Shown here: positions 11,301 to 21,100 of the stretch, piece by piece
Position numbering within the stretch: position 1 is the first letter of the stretch
Layout of the letters: the number at the start of each line of letters is the position of its first letter
Origin: a virus
IMG/VR virus record: IMGVR_UViG_3300008267_012518
Strand: one strand, 5' to 3'
DNA length: 64,000 bases
Program-made: the position numbers and the translations under genes
The notes under the pieces: generated by a model
Databases searched by the model: none
The model's input: only the letters and a program-made list of their open reading frames with translations
What the model was told of the DNA's origin: nothing

Positions 11301-12453
11301 TCCAGTTTACGGTGTTCCACCACCACTTGACAATAATTGGAGAAGAATTTATAGTCTTGAACCAGATACCTCGTATTTTTATGGACCATCAATATCCAAT
11401 AATAATATTATTGAGATGAATGGTAAATATTATGAGTGTGTTGGGAATAATTTTAACGGTAGTTTATCTTCTGATACTTTAATAAATTATTCTATCGATA
11501 ATGGTATTTACATAGTAATCAATGAAAAATTCAAAAATGTTCTCATAAATATTTATGTGAATGACAATACTTATTCGGAAGTAAGTGAAATCTCACAAAG
11601 TGTGTGGGATGTGACAAGTAACAATGTCAAAAACACCAATAGGGATGATATTTACACTACTATATTTTCTAAGTTGTCCACGAATAATTTCATGAACTGT
11701 CTGAATGATTTGTCTAATAAATTTGGATTTAGTGACAACGTGAAATATGTTGTCGTGGGAGAAAGTGGTACAAAGTTGTATGATTTCAATAATCTAAAAT
11801 CAGTTGTAAATTTACCATATCTATTGACATGCTCTGGACCAGATGAGTTATTAGTAAGAACTCGTTCCAACATATATCAACCAATTACACTAAAGGGATC
11901 TGAAATTAAATCTAAAAGAATATTAAATGATTCGAATATAGAAAATTTATCCGAATTGAATTATTTTAATGAAATGCACTTAGCTTCCAAAATTTCAAAA
12001 AATGTTGAAAGTCCAATAATATTACCCAATTATAGTGGATTGAAAAATCAAATTTATTACAGACTTTATAGATTTTCAGGATACTATGGTCCAATTTTGA
12101 GAAACATAGAACTCTTTGACTCACCTAGTCTGACTCAAAGCGAAACAAATTATAGATTTGACACAGAATTAACGAATTTTGGCATCGTCAAGGAAAGAAT
12201 AGTTTCAAAGGTTAATAGGAAATCTAATTTATTGAGATTTGCTAATCAAACTAACTTAAAATCAATATATCCCATGATAGATGAATTTGGGTATCATACT
12301 GTTGATTATTTTATGTTTAAGTCTACTTGGGACCTTAATTATCACATTGAAACACAAGATTATGTTCCTGAATTACAGACAACACAATTAAAGCCAAATA
12401 ACCAAGATCTAAGTTCAAAGGAATTCAGAAATAATAACTCAAAATTACTATAA
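8398..12453 (+). CDS. Large putative virion (baseplate/tail) protein
   Basis: 1351 aa, beta-rich, start overlaps the previous stop; no enzyme motif seen. Confidence 0.55.
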   Translation: MKSSAILRTNVGLTTNVKLVVRSNYGLYLDSIVSSPELSENRFKKFQIDKDTFWEDIVPVFFQKTPVDLAYKIKYDGDVDKMSTDFTSQFDDLYQYGARNIVDNKFYSEEFEYFAPLYISKNSLPKNFIIFRVDGPGIINLTKDNFRSEILNKLKVVKNYDLTQKSYLGQWINNNITNNRFYPNNSLYIDFRRLEFSTWRGIDYEKGGYTEKNFLLDSTLEFELPYYEMEKLILEGYKNNKIVFPNIINFSFLFDDTPATPDSLRKWSLNRYLGFYLDEMKLVDSFSPNKLPTLKSDVKIDDENILSSPSSQSPFLNEWEVNDYPFIEVDGVYYRLEKFEQVTSSVIQRVQNTRNTYEERRASSNVIKYKVISDISLSGKSFSDINNKLIIINSDKTIGLQNGNTFMINDFGNADVWLIEIDNFLHHLVFEDGKYRILTDYGFRQSAERFDYYINGINSDTSKSVNLVTSKDYGPVEFKIYKCKFTDIKDFDTDIVDTTYSKYEYIKSETLTDTDEPKMYVQDLESTNQPKDYVQFKLQNKVVTIPTSSEYTANSETFRIEDNNLTQLWRKNSQRLKWGFGGSISSNDYPYLLNNSIISEDYNKSPNTKDVILQREKRNLDHFYTINSDSNQYSHHTLHIEDWSNDKLNIDFKFELDKYLGIGYNLDYFSYFFGKKTYFEEGKVSKRTEKFSYFQSGDGSTPNITLFKGLKFSISEIDNINIVDGKIEKINLRNSNKFESWRFSVLLSNNSHLIVGSDTDPTNPNVIKSETALKWRVIDEWKHDKDYFTNSLVLYEQTLYKNTVHSRIVDPIYNPKNTTDWQLYTNPTIFYSPLFDGTSTKNNMVGFGATIPPLIYNDGQYYFSNPFNSNDFWNSSFTYSDFDVVTYKNKNWVSLTSSNITIPSENSGINIGGEFFSTWEETGVSVRWNPVSIWKSDFEYDVSSWQQNSFGFGNYVIHDDVVYGSTSSPVYGVPPPLDNNWRRIYSLEPDTSYFYGPSISNNNIIEMNGKYYECVGNNFNGSLSSDTLINYSIDNGIYIVINEKFKNVLINIYVNDNTYSEVSEISQSVWDVTSNNVKNTNRDDIYTTIFSKLSTNNFMNCLNDLSNKFGFSDNVKYVVVGESGTKLYDFNNLKSVVNLPYLLTCSGPDELLVRTRSNIYQPITLKGSEIKSKRILNDSNIENLSELNYFNEMHLASKISKNVESPIILPNYSGLKNQIYYRLYRFSGYYGPILRNIELFDSPSLTQSETNYRFDTELTNFGIVKERIVSKVNRKSNLLRFANQTNLKSIYPMIDEFGYHTVDYFMFKSTWDLNYHIETQDYVPELQTTQLKPNNQDLSSKEFRNNNSKLL

Positions 12454-12456
12454 TAT

Positions 12457-13146
12457 ATGAGAAGAACTTTTATAAGTCCGGAATTCAAATATGTTTCTGT
12501 ATACGGAACACTAAATATGGAGGAAGAAAGTTCTTTTTTTGGATCCAAAATGCTCGAAATAGAAGATTTAATTACCATCGGTAATGAAAGTATATTATTC
12601 TATCAAAATGAAAAGGGGGAACAAATAGACTTTGAAAAGGAATATGATGCACCACCTATCATATATAATTCCAATGCAGACAAACAAAAATTACATACTT
12701 TGGTATTGGATGAATTTCAAACACAAATAGAAAAGAATAATTATACTAAATGGAAACTCACAATAAGTATACGGTCACTTTTGAAAAATTACCTATTCGC
12801 TACTTTAAAAAAATATAGAACTTTTGAGGGAGTATCCAATGAAATGACCTATAACAGAAATGTTGATTTTTCAATAAATGAGTATATACAGAGGAATGTA
12901 ATAAATAGGTACAAGTTTACAGGTGTGGATTTATATTTAGTACCCGTTGATTTATTGACTATAGGAAGCCTTAAATATCAGAATATTTGGGACCGAGAAA
13001 TCTCACAGGATCAATACAAATTTACAAAATTTTCTACAGTGACTGACTTCAAATTTGAAGACATACAAATTTTCTTTGCTCAAAATTTTTCAGCTAGTCA
13101 GTACGCGTTCAGATATTATTTCAATCTTAAATTTGAAAAATTATGA
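12457..13146 (+). CDS. Hypothetical protein, probably structural
   Basis: 229 aa ORF tightly packed in the structural operon. Confidence 0.55.
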   Translation: MRRTFISPEFKYVSVYGTLNMEEESSFFGSKMLEIEDLITIGNESILFYQNEKGEQIDFEKEYDAPPIIYNSNADKQKLHTLVLDEFQTQIEKNNYTKWKLTISIRSLLKNYLFATLKKYRTFEGVSNEMTYNRNVDFSINEYIQRNVINRYKFTGVDLYLVPVDLLTIGSLKYQNIWDREISQDQYKFTKFSTVTDFKFEDIQIFFAQNFSASQYAFRYYFNLKFEKL

Positions 13147-13544
13147 TGGAGAAGAAGGATTTATCTAAATATGAAAAAAACTTGGTTTGTTTTCTGAGAC
13201 TTTTTCAGAATAGACCTTTTCACTTGGCTAAATATTTATCAGATAATGATTGTTTTAGAGATGATTTCATAAAAAATATTACTGAAAGTAAAAAGTTAGG
13301 TGATTTAAGTCAAAAATACGATTTGGGTGAATTGCCAAATGTTTATTTTATGAACTTCAAGGAGATGTTAAAATTTTTTGAAAATATTTCACAAGATTAT
13401 AAGATAGAAGGTATGGATAATGAGAAAGTCCAAGAAGAACTTAATTCAAAATTAAATGAATTTATTAAATTGGAGAAGTACGAAGATGCGATTAAGATAA
13501 GAGATTTCATGATACAAAATAATATCAAAAGAAAAGAGTTTTAA
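13143..13544 (+). CDS. Protein with C-terminal UvrB/UvrC (UVR) motif
   Basis: C-terminal ELNSKLNEFIKLEKYEDAIKIRD fits the UVR helical hairpin. Confidence 0.65.
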   Translation: MMEKKDLSKYEKNLVCFLRLFQNRPFHLAKYLSDNDCFRDDFIKNITESKKLGDLSQKYDLGELPNVYFMNFKEMLKFFENISQDYKIEGMDNEKVQEELNSKLNEFIKLEKYEDAIKIRDFMIQNNIKRKEF

Positions 13545-13598
13545 TTATAAACTTGTTACTATTTTTATAATAAAAAAATAGTTTTAAACAAAAAAATT

Positions 13599-14684
13599 AT
13601 GGCAAAAAAAAATTATGGTGATCTCCGAACCTTACACGGAGACCTTTTCCAAAACACATCAAATGACATACAAACTGATAATGGTTTATTATCAAATGAT
13701 GAATTAAAAATGTTGTATGATCAATATGATGTAAATACCCCAACCATCGGAGAAGTTGTAAACGTGACTTATGTCGGATATTCCGCAGCTGGATATAATT
13801 TCGATGGTGGTTATAAAGATTTCGTCCGGGTTGAAGATAGACCCAATGAATCGAAATATCTTCAAAACATCGAAATTGGTGATAGTATAGATATTTTCAT
13901 AGTCAATATTGATGAGGATAACTACCACATCAGGGGTAGTCTTGTTGAACTTTATGAAAACAGAGCTAGAGAAATCCTCACCCAATTAGAAGAAGGCACT
14001 TCAGTTTTAGCTTATATTAAGGAAATGACACCAGCTGGATACAATGTCGACCTACATTTTGAGGGAGTGACTTTGGCTGGATTTATGCCAAACACACTAG
14101 CTGGTATAAATAAATTATATAATCCCGAATCAATTGTCAATACATCCTTTGAAGTAATGATTGAATCATATTCTAATGAGGAAGGTACCTACATCGTTAG
14201 TAGAAGAAAATACCTACAATCATTAATTCCAAATGCCATCAGGTCTTTGGAATCCGGTAAAATTTACCTCGGTAATGTCACTGGTACTACAGAATTTGGT
14301 GTTTTTGTAGAGTTTAACGAATGTTTGACTGGTATGATTCACAAAACAAATATGTCACCAGAGTGGTCAAATAAAATTAGTCAAATCACACCAGGATCGA
14401 GAATTGAATTTTATATAAAAGAGATTATTCGTGATAAAATTATTCTAACCCAAATATTAAGGGAAACCCTTTGGGACACAATAAAAATTGGTCAAACATT
14501 TGATGGTAAAATAAAAGATATAAAACCATTTGGAGCACTTATCAGTTTGGATGATGAAACGAATGGTCTAATACATACTTCTGAAATTGAAAAATCCAAT
14601 CAAAAGTTGACGGCTGGTAATACAGTAAAAGTAAAAGTGATTGCTGTCGATAGGATGAATAGAAAAATATTCCTTAGTCTATAA
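13599..14684 (+). CDS. rpsA: Ribosomal protein S1 homologue (about 4 S1 domains)
   Basis: Repeated OB-fold signatures (GxVxxxxxFGVFVE, GMIHKT, GKIKDIKPFGALISL...GLIHTSEI, VKVIAVD); N-terminal LxxLY helix. Confidence 0.88.
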   Translation: MAKKNYGDLRTLHGDLFQNTSNDIQTDNGLLSNDELKMLYDQYDVNTPTIGEVVNVTYVGYSAAGYNFDGGYKDFVRVEDRPNESKYLQNIEIGDSIDIFIVNIDEDNYHIRGSLVELYENRAREILTQLEEGTSVLAYIKEMTPAGYNVDLHFEGVTLAGFMPNTLAGINKLYNPESIVNTSFEVMIESYSNEEGTYIVSRRKYLQSLIPNAIRSLESGKIYLGNVTGTTEFGVFVEFNECLTGMIHKTNMSPEWSNKISQITPGSRIEFYIKEIIRDKIILTQILRETLWDTIKIGQTFDGKIKDIKPFGALISLDDETNGLIHTSEIEKSNQKLTAGNTVKVKVIAVDRMNRKIFLSL

Positions 14685-14685
14685 T

Positions 14686-14716
14686 AAAAAGGGGGGTCAT
14701 TGACCCCCCTTTTTTA
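14686..14716. terminator. Bidirectional intrinsic terminator
   Basis: AAAAAGGGGGGTC-ATT-GACCCCCCTTTTTT between the convergent S1 and 14714..15457 genes. Confidence 0.9.
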
Positions 14717-15457
14717 TTTCAATATTTGTAAGAATTCTTCAATGGTCAGACCAATTACGGATTCAAAGTCCTCACGAACTAATTTATACTGTTTCGCTGA
14801 TTTGGTGACTGCCCAATCTATAATATCCATTTGATTTCTGAATCTATCATTGGACGCGGATACAAGAAACTCAAGTAAGAGTTTTTTCTTATCATCATCT
14901 TCATAGTAGTCAATCTTTCTTTTGTGTTTATTTACTTTCTCGGTATTCGTTGCCTCATCAAATATTTCTTTTAATCCAATATCTCTTGTTTCTTGATTAG
15001 TACATCTTCTAAAATTCCAACTAGTGTACCAACGTTCAGATCCATCTAATTTTATTTTAATATCTGTCCAAGAAGTATAACCAGTTGAGGATTTGTGGTC
15101 ATTGAACTTAACCTCCTTAACTTTGTAAGTACGGCCTCGGATTAGTGTTTTGAGAGAATCATATAGTGGTATGACATAATCACCACTTTTCAATGTCTTA
15201 TCAATTTTAGTTTGCTCACGTTCATTGAGTAGAATTTGATAATCAGGACAGATCCAATTATTATTTGGGAAATCACCCCCATCCTCCATTGAAAAGTTTT
15301 GAAGTGGGAATGTTTGGATAGATCTATCGGTAAGATAAATTCTAATAATTGGTCTGAAGTATGGGGAACTTTTAGAATTTAAATTGTTGTAATTCGCAAT
15401 TTTATAGTCACCCCCCTTGACTAATTTTGATGTTGGTTTTATACAGATTGCCTTCAT
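14714..15457 (-). CDS. Hypothetical protein with two SH3/KOW-like segments
   Basis: Repeated KLVKGGDYKI / TLIRGRTYKV; TATATTTG (-7-like) on the minus strand at 15473-15480. Confidence 0.6.
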   Translation of the reverse strand: MKAICIKPTSKLVKGGDYKIANYNNLNSKSSPYFRPIIRIYLTDRSIQTFPLQNFSMEDGGDFPNNNWICPDYQILLNEREQTKIDKTLKSGDYVIPLYDSLKTLIRGRTYKVKEVKFNDHKSSTGYTSWTDIKIKLDGSERWYTSWNFRRCTNQETRDIGLKEIFDEATNTEKVNKHKRKIDYYEDDDKKKLLLEFLVSASNDRFRNQMDIIDWAVTKSAKQYKLVREDFESVIGLTIEEFLQILK

Positions 15458-15534
15458 ATCTTAAATTATATACAAATATAACAAATAAAATGAACAATAT
15501 ATATTTTTATAAATATAAATAAAAAAAAATTTTT

Positions 15535-15840
15535 ATGAAAACAGAAAAAATTTCTGCAGAGACAAAAGAAGAAACAGTGGGTTCAGTTTCCATGGAGCCA
15601 AACAATATACAAGTTGAACTCAGTGAAGAGGAGCAAGCAAGGATGGATGAGGTTAAGTCTCTAGTTGAGGCCGAGACCCTTGATCCTACCACATCCATGA
15701 ATATTTTAATAAATGCTGTTCAGTTAGCTTTTGATTCTGAAGTTTATAACGACTTAGACCGTTACTTAATTGCTAAGTCTCTGAATTGCTTCAAATCCCA
15801 CGTGGATAAGGGTGAGGATATTTTACTAAAAGTGGCTTAA
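15535..15840 (+). CDS. Hypothetical acidic protein
   Basis: 101 aa ORF with AATATATA upstream and an A-rich leader. Confidence 0.6.
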   Translation: MKTEKISAETKEETVGSVSMEPNNIQVELSEEEQARMDEVKSLVEAETLDPTTSMNILINAVQLAFDSEVYNDLDRYLIAKSLNCFKSHVDKGEDILLKVA

Positions 15841-16493
15841 TCCCATTCGATTTTATCGATGTCCGATGGATAGTGTGATTTTAAAACACTATCCATTTTT
15901 TTTGCCATAATTTTCTTATGTAGATTAAATACTTGGCTCTCGAGACCGACCACAACATCTGATTTGTGGTCCCCATTTTTATTATAATTGTTGATAACAA
16001 AGTCCGAATTACTATTTTTTACACTTTCATCCATTTCATTTGAAAGGATTTTTTCTATTAAACTTTTACTAAAAGATGTCAAATAACCCATATCGTACTT
16101 TCTTTGATATCTTGGTCTGTAACAAGATACATTGAAATTCATCAGATTATTCATACGGCGTTCAAAAATAAAGTCAAAATAAAATATTGTATAGAAATCA
16201 TTTTTGTGTTTAATTCTAAAAAGTTCATAGGATTTTAATATATCAAGTTCTATGATGTCAAATAGTTTATCGACTTTATCATTCGAATTCAACTTATTGA
16301 AATTAAGTAATCCAAGATTATAAATATCATCGCCGAATTCTGATTTAATTTTTCTAACGTGGTTTGGTGAGAAATTCAAAAGGAATTTTGTAACTAAATT
16401 TGCGTCAAAAACTGGTACATCAAAACCTTTTAAAATTTCAGAGACTTCGACTTGACCAGAATAATAATTTCCTGTGAGACCTACTTTGTACAT
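15837..16493 (-). CDS. Dephospho-CoA kinase (CoaE)-fold protein with degenerate P-loop
   Basis: MYKVGLTG...PVFDAN...SDFVINN follows the CoaE pattern, but Walker A reads GNYYSGQV rather than GxxGSGKS/T. Confidence 0.7.
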   Translation of the reverse strand: MYKVGLTGNYYSGQVEVSEILKGFDVPVFDANLVTKFLLNFSPNHVRKIKSEFGDDIYNLGLLNFNKLNSNDKVDKLFDIIELDILKSYELFRIKHKNDFYTIFYFDFIFERRMNNLMNFNVSCYRPRYQRKYDMGYLTSFSKSLIEKILSNEMDESVKNSNSDFVINNYNKNGDHKSDVVVGLESQVFNLHKKIMAKKMDSVLKSHYPSDIDKIEWD

Positions 16494-16499
16494 ATATTA

Positions 16500-16531
16500 C
16501 AAAAGTAAGTGATTTAGGTTTCATTTACAAA
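16500..16531 (-). promoter_or_regulatory. Bacteroidota-type primary-sigma promoter (CoaE-like gene)
   Basis: TTTG-N20-TACTTTTG; 6 nt to ATG. Confidence 0.75.
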
Positions 16532-16569
16532 CTTTAAAAAATATATATACTTTAAATCGAAAAATTTCC

Positions 16570-17043
16570 ATGAAAAGTAGTAAAATATTAGAATCTTATA
16601 GGAACGGTTATTTATTGAACGCGGAAGAACTTGATAAAGTACCCAGAGAATTTAAAATCGTTTTGATCGATTTTTTAAAAGAAAAGTATTTGGATAACAA
16701 TCTTAAGAATAAAAAAAGTATTGAAAAACTCTCCGACATTTTTGGAAAAAAGATCATAAATGAACACAACACTATGAAGGTTCCTTACTTTGACGTTCTC
16801 GAAAACATAAACCTGTGTATCGAAGTTGAAATGTCTGATCAGATTGTTGAAGAGGAGGGTTCACAAAAATTTGGAGAAACTAAATTTTCACAAATTTTAG
16901 AAAGTGGTATTTCAACTTCTAATCCGATAAATAGATTTGCAATATCTGAAAAAAGTTTCAAATCTTCGTTGGAAGATTTTATTTCTATTTACACTAATGA
17001 ATTTGAAGTTGTGGGAGATTCTATTAAAATAGAATTCAATTAA
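16570..17043 (+). CDS. Hypothetical protein
   Basis: 157 aa, AATATATA upstream, 1 nt from the M16 peptidase start. Confidence 0.6.
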   Translation: MKSSKILESYRNGYLLNAEELDKVPREFKIVLIDFLKEKYLDNNLKNKKSIEKLSDIFGKKIINEHNTMKVPYFDVLENINLCIEVEMSDQIVEEEGSQKFGETKFSQILESGISTSNPINRFAISEKSFKSSLEDFISIYTNEFEVVGDSIKIEFN

Positions 17044-17044
17044 C

Positions 17045-18151
17045 ATGATAATAAATCTCAAAAGTCAAACCGATTTATCTGGTTTTTATGTGGTTTTTTA
17101 TGGTTCAACGAACTTTGAAGAAAGGGGTATTTATGGTATTTCACATTTGATGGAACACCTTATTTGTAAAAATTTTGAACATTTGAGGGATGATTTTGAA
17201 AAAGAGGGTATTGAATGGAATGCCTACACAACTCAAAATGAAATTGTTTTTTATTTCACCGGATTGGATGAATACTTAATGAAACAAAAATATGAATTAG
17301 TTGAGTTGATTACTGATTTCAAAGTTTCGAAAGAACAATTTGAGAATGAGAGAAAGATTATACTACAAGAATATAAAAACCATTTTTCGGATCAATCAAA
17401 CTGCCATTTATCAAATCTGAGTAGAAAGTTATATAAAGATTATGACGCAATCGGTCTCAAAGAAGATCTCGAAACAATTAGATATATGGATTGTCTTAAT
17501 TTCTTTGAAAAACAATTCAAAAATCCATCGAAAATAATAAATGTTTCGAAAGGCCAACCCTTCAAAATTGATGTTGAGTTTTCTAATTCAGAGATCGATA
17601 AAAAATTTGAATTTGGTCCGTATAAAGATGTTATTTTGGAACCCACTCGAAATTATGGAGATAAGGTATCAATATGTTTAACATCCAAAACAATTGAGGA
17701 TGATTTCAGTTATGTAATTTTCATCAACAATATGTTGACACTTGGTCTATCTTCACCTTTTTACTCGGAGATAAGAGAAAAGAGGGGTTTGGTCTATCAT
17801 ATAGGGTGTCATCAATCAAGGATGAACGATCAAGGTGTGAATATTATAAGTACTGAAACATCTAATAAGAATGTTGAATTACTTATCGACAGTTTCAAGG
17901 ATGTGATGAAAAATCCTGATAAATTTATTTCAAAGAAACGTTTTGATTTAGTTAGAAGGTCTTATCTTATTAAATTCCAAAAAGATAAAATTAATAGATT
18001 TCAGAATATAAATAATTGGATTAATCCCACAGACTGGTCAGTCAAAGAAATAATCAAGACCATCAACTATGATAAAGTTATGGATGTCTATGATAAGTAT
18101 TTTAAATTTGATGATTTTTATATATCTAACGATAGAACAGAATTTAATTAG
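17045..18151 (+). CDS. M16 (insulinase/MPP-like) zinc peptidase
   Basis: Inverted zinc motif GISHLMEH, NAYT, downstream E in EQFENERKIILQE, C-domain EIREKRGLVY. Confidence 0.9.
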   Translation: MIINLKSQTDLSGFYVVFYGSTNFEERGIYGISHLMEHLICKNFEHLRDDFEKEGIEWNAYTTQNEIVFYFTGLDEYLMKQKYELVELITDFKVSKEQFENERKIILQEYKNHFSDQSNCHLSNLSRKLYKDYDAIGLKEDLETIRYMDCLNFFEKQFKNPSKIINVSKGQPFKIDVEFSNSEIDKKFEFGPYKDVILEPTRNYGDKVSICLTSKTIEDDFSYVIFINNMLTLGLSSPFYSEIREKRGLVYHIGCHQSRMNDQGVNIISTETSNKNVELLIDSFKDVMKNPDKFISKKRFDLVRRSYLIKFQKDKINRFQNINNWINPTDWSVKEIIKTINYDKVMDVYDKYFKFDDFYISNDRTEFN

Positions 18152-18199
18152 AATGATTGGTTAATTAATATATAAGTCAATAATTGTTTTTAATAATTA

Positions 18200-21100
18200 A
18201 TGGCTGTATTACAAAGATCTGTTTCTAATATTTCTTCTTCAAATCCACAACCGGTAGTTGGTCAGGTTTTGGTATCTTCTCAAATTCCTAACACGACTTT
18301 CTACTCATCTAGATTGGTAAATTATGTCGAGTCTATTGAGGTTGATGGTGTAATGAAGACTGCTTTTTTTTCTGAAGTTAATACCAATCTTAATGTTGGG
18401 GACAGAGTTTTTATTGTTAATGGGAATTATGATTCAGGATCCCTTATTAAAGATAACAAATACAAAAAATTTTCCGATGGGTACAGAGTACTTGCAATTA
18501 ACGGTTGTCGAGTAGTGCTCGACGTTGATTATACTGGTCTTTTACCATCCGTTGATTACACAAGTAAAAATTTTATTTATGTTCATGTGGTTACAAGTCA
18601 AAAAGATTTTGATTATGTGAATTCATTGTCAACGTCTTTGGATGGGACTCCCTTTATCAAAAGTGTGTTCAGTGGGAATATAGTTGATGGGGATTTGGTA
18701 CTGGAGTGTCAAAACATACTTTACACAAATGGTTCATTCCAAGGTAATCAAACAATCTCAGGCAATTATGGTAAAGTTAGTTCTGAGGGATTTTGGGTAA
18801 GAGTTGATGATGGTGTAAATAATGATTGGATTGATATTTCATATTATGTCCTGTCGAATAGGATTATTCAAAATCCAATATTTTCTGGTTCTGGTAAATT
18901 GAATATACTTGGTGCGGATTTCTCGTATGATGGTTCAATTTTCGAAAAGGGTGGTATCTATAAATATGATAACTATGAGTGGATTATAAGTAATGAAGAT
19001 TATCCATCTTATATTTCAAAACTCAATTTTAGGTCTGGTAAATTTAGAGGTGTTCATAATGATGGGATTTATGGTTCTTATAAGAATAAGTTAGATTGGA
19101 GTAAATCCGTTTGGAATTCTGGCGTTCTATTGAATGCAAACTGGAAGGATGGATACATGAATTCAAAACATACAGTAGAAGAAACATCCTTCCTGTGTGG
19201 TCTTCAAAAAGTCGGTAGTGTTGAGACGATTGTTCAATCCTTTGATAATACCGATAATCGTGGGTTTGGTTATAATTTTATAGAAAATTCTAATTTTTTC
19301 ACATATTCTATTGGTAATGGTAATTTTTTCAATTGTACATTTCTTACTCAGAGTCAAATGAAGTCAGCTTTGGATATTTACTACGGACTGGACACACCTT
19401 ACCTGAGTGTATCCAATGGTGGTAGATATGAATTCTGTGATATTTATGATTTGAGAGGTAATAACAGTGTTTTTGTAAACAGTTCGATTAGAAACTCAAA
19501 CTTATTAAGATCGAAAATCGTTAGCTCCGAAACAATAAACACATCGATAGAAAAGAGTAATTGGTCTTCTGATGGTGGAATAAAAATTATTGGGGCTGAT
19601 TTATGGGGATATGACCATGGGCAAAATGCTGTTTTATCTGGTACACAGGCTAGTATTTTTGGTACAATAAAACTTTATATCTCAGAGGAGGACTACTTTA
19701 AATTAAGCAAGGGAGATACTTTTTATATTTCGAAATTAAATAAAGAATTCATAAATAATATAATCGACGATGAAAACAAAATATTAAATATACTAGAAAA
19801 TAGATATTTGATAGAAAACTACGACGACCATGATATATCCTCGGGTAACCTATCCAAAATGTTTGTCTCATTGAAGAGTACGCAAGAAAATCTTTATAGG
19901 AGTTATATCAAAACTTCAAATACTACTGTAAATTATTACAAATATTCAATAAATGACACCGATACTTCAGCTTGGTATAAAATTCCAGCAGCGTTTGCTT
20001 TTTCTTCTACATACGCTCAAAATATCGGTTATATCCTAGGTGACTTTGTTTTTGTTGGTGACCCGATGGATATAAATAAAACTCTTTTTTTCCAATATTG
20101 GCCAGTTAATAAAGGTGATGTAGCCGACGGTAGAGTGGGGTCAAGAGCATTTCTAGGTGATTTTTCAAAAGCGGAACAGTATGGTGAAAATTGGAAGCAA
20201 TATGGTCCTTTGGATTCTAATGTTCCGTATTCTGGTGATTGGTTACAGGTTGGTATTTATAATGGTTATATTTTATCTGCCACCATGGCGATATGGGATC
20301 CAAGTACGTCTTATTTTGGTTTTACCAATCAAGAGATACTACTAACTCCTAATAGTAATTATTCACCTGCATATCCATACGGAGATATAATAAGAGATAA
20401 TGATATTGATAATAACTATTATATATTTGTCGGATATGATATCGGATTGACGAATTCATCTAAACAAATACTCACTTCTGTAGATTACTTAAGTCAAAAT
20501 ACGGTAACCTATTCAAACTTCAATTATCCATCAATCGACATATCATCAAACATATTTGGTTGGTATGAAAATATTGATGGTGAATTGGTTGGTACTTCTC
20601 GAAATAGAATATCTCCAATAGACGTTACAAATATTAATAATCTTTTTAAGGATACAATTCTAGTAAATGGTGATTTCAAAAGTGGTGTGATGTCAGATTC
20701 AAGTTGGGTAAGTGGTGACCATACAAACAACTATAGTAATGTAATTCAAAAAATAGCAAACCAACCACTCGATATAAAATTAGATACCTATTTATCCAAA
20801 AAGATTTTGGTATTGACACTTATAAATAAAAATTTATCATCTTTTGATCTTGAAGGGTATGATTATCGAGTTGGTGATTATGTCTGGTTGAAATCAATTA
20901 ATTACACAGAATTTACAGGAGCTACTGTGAGTTCAGTTTCTGGTCGATATAAAATAGTTAGATTTTTTCCCCTCAACTCAGAAGTGTGGTTAGAAAACTT
21001 AGACACTGTGAATAAAATTTCAAATTTAAATAGTGGTGGTACATTTTTTATCAATTCCGGTGATACTAATAATTACTTGTCTATACACAAAACAAATTTT

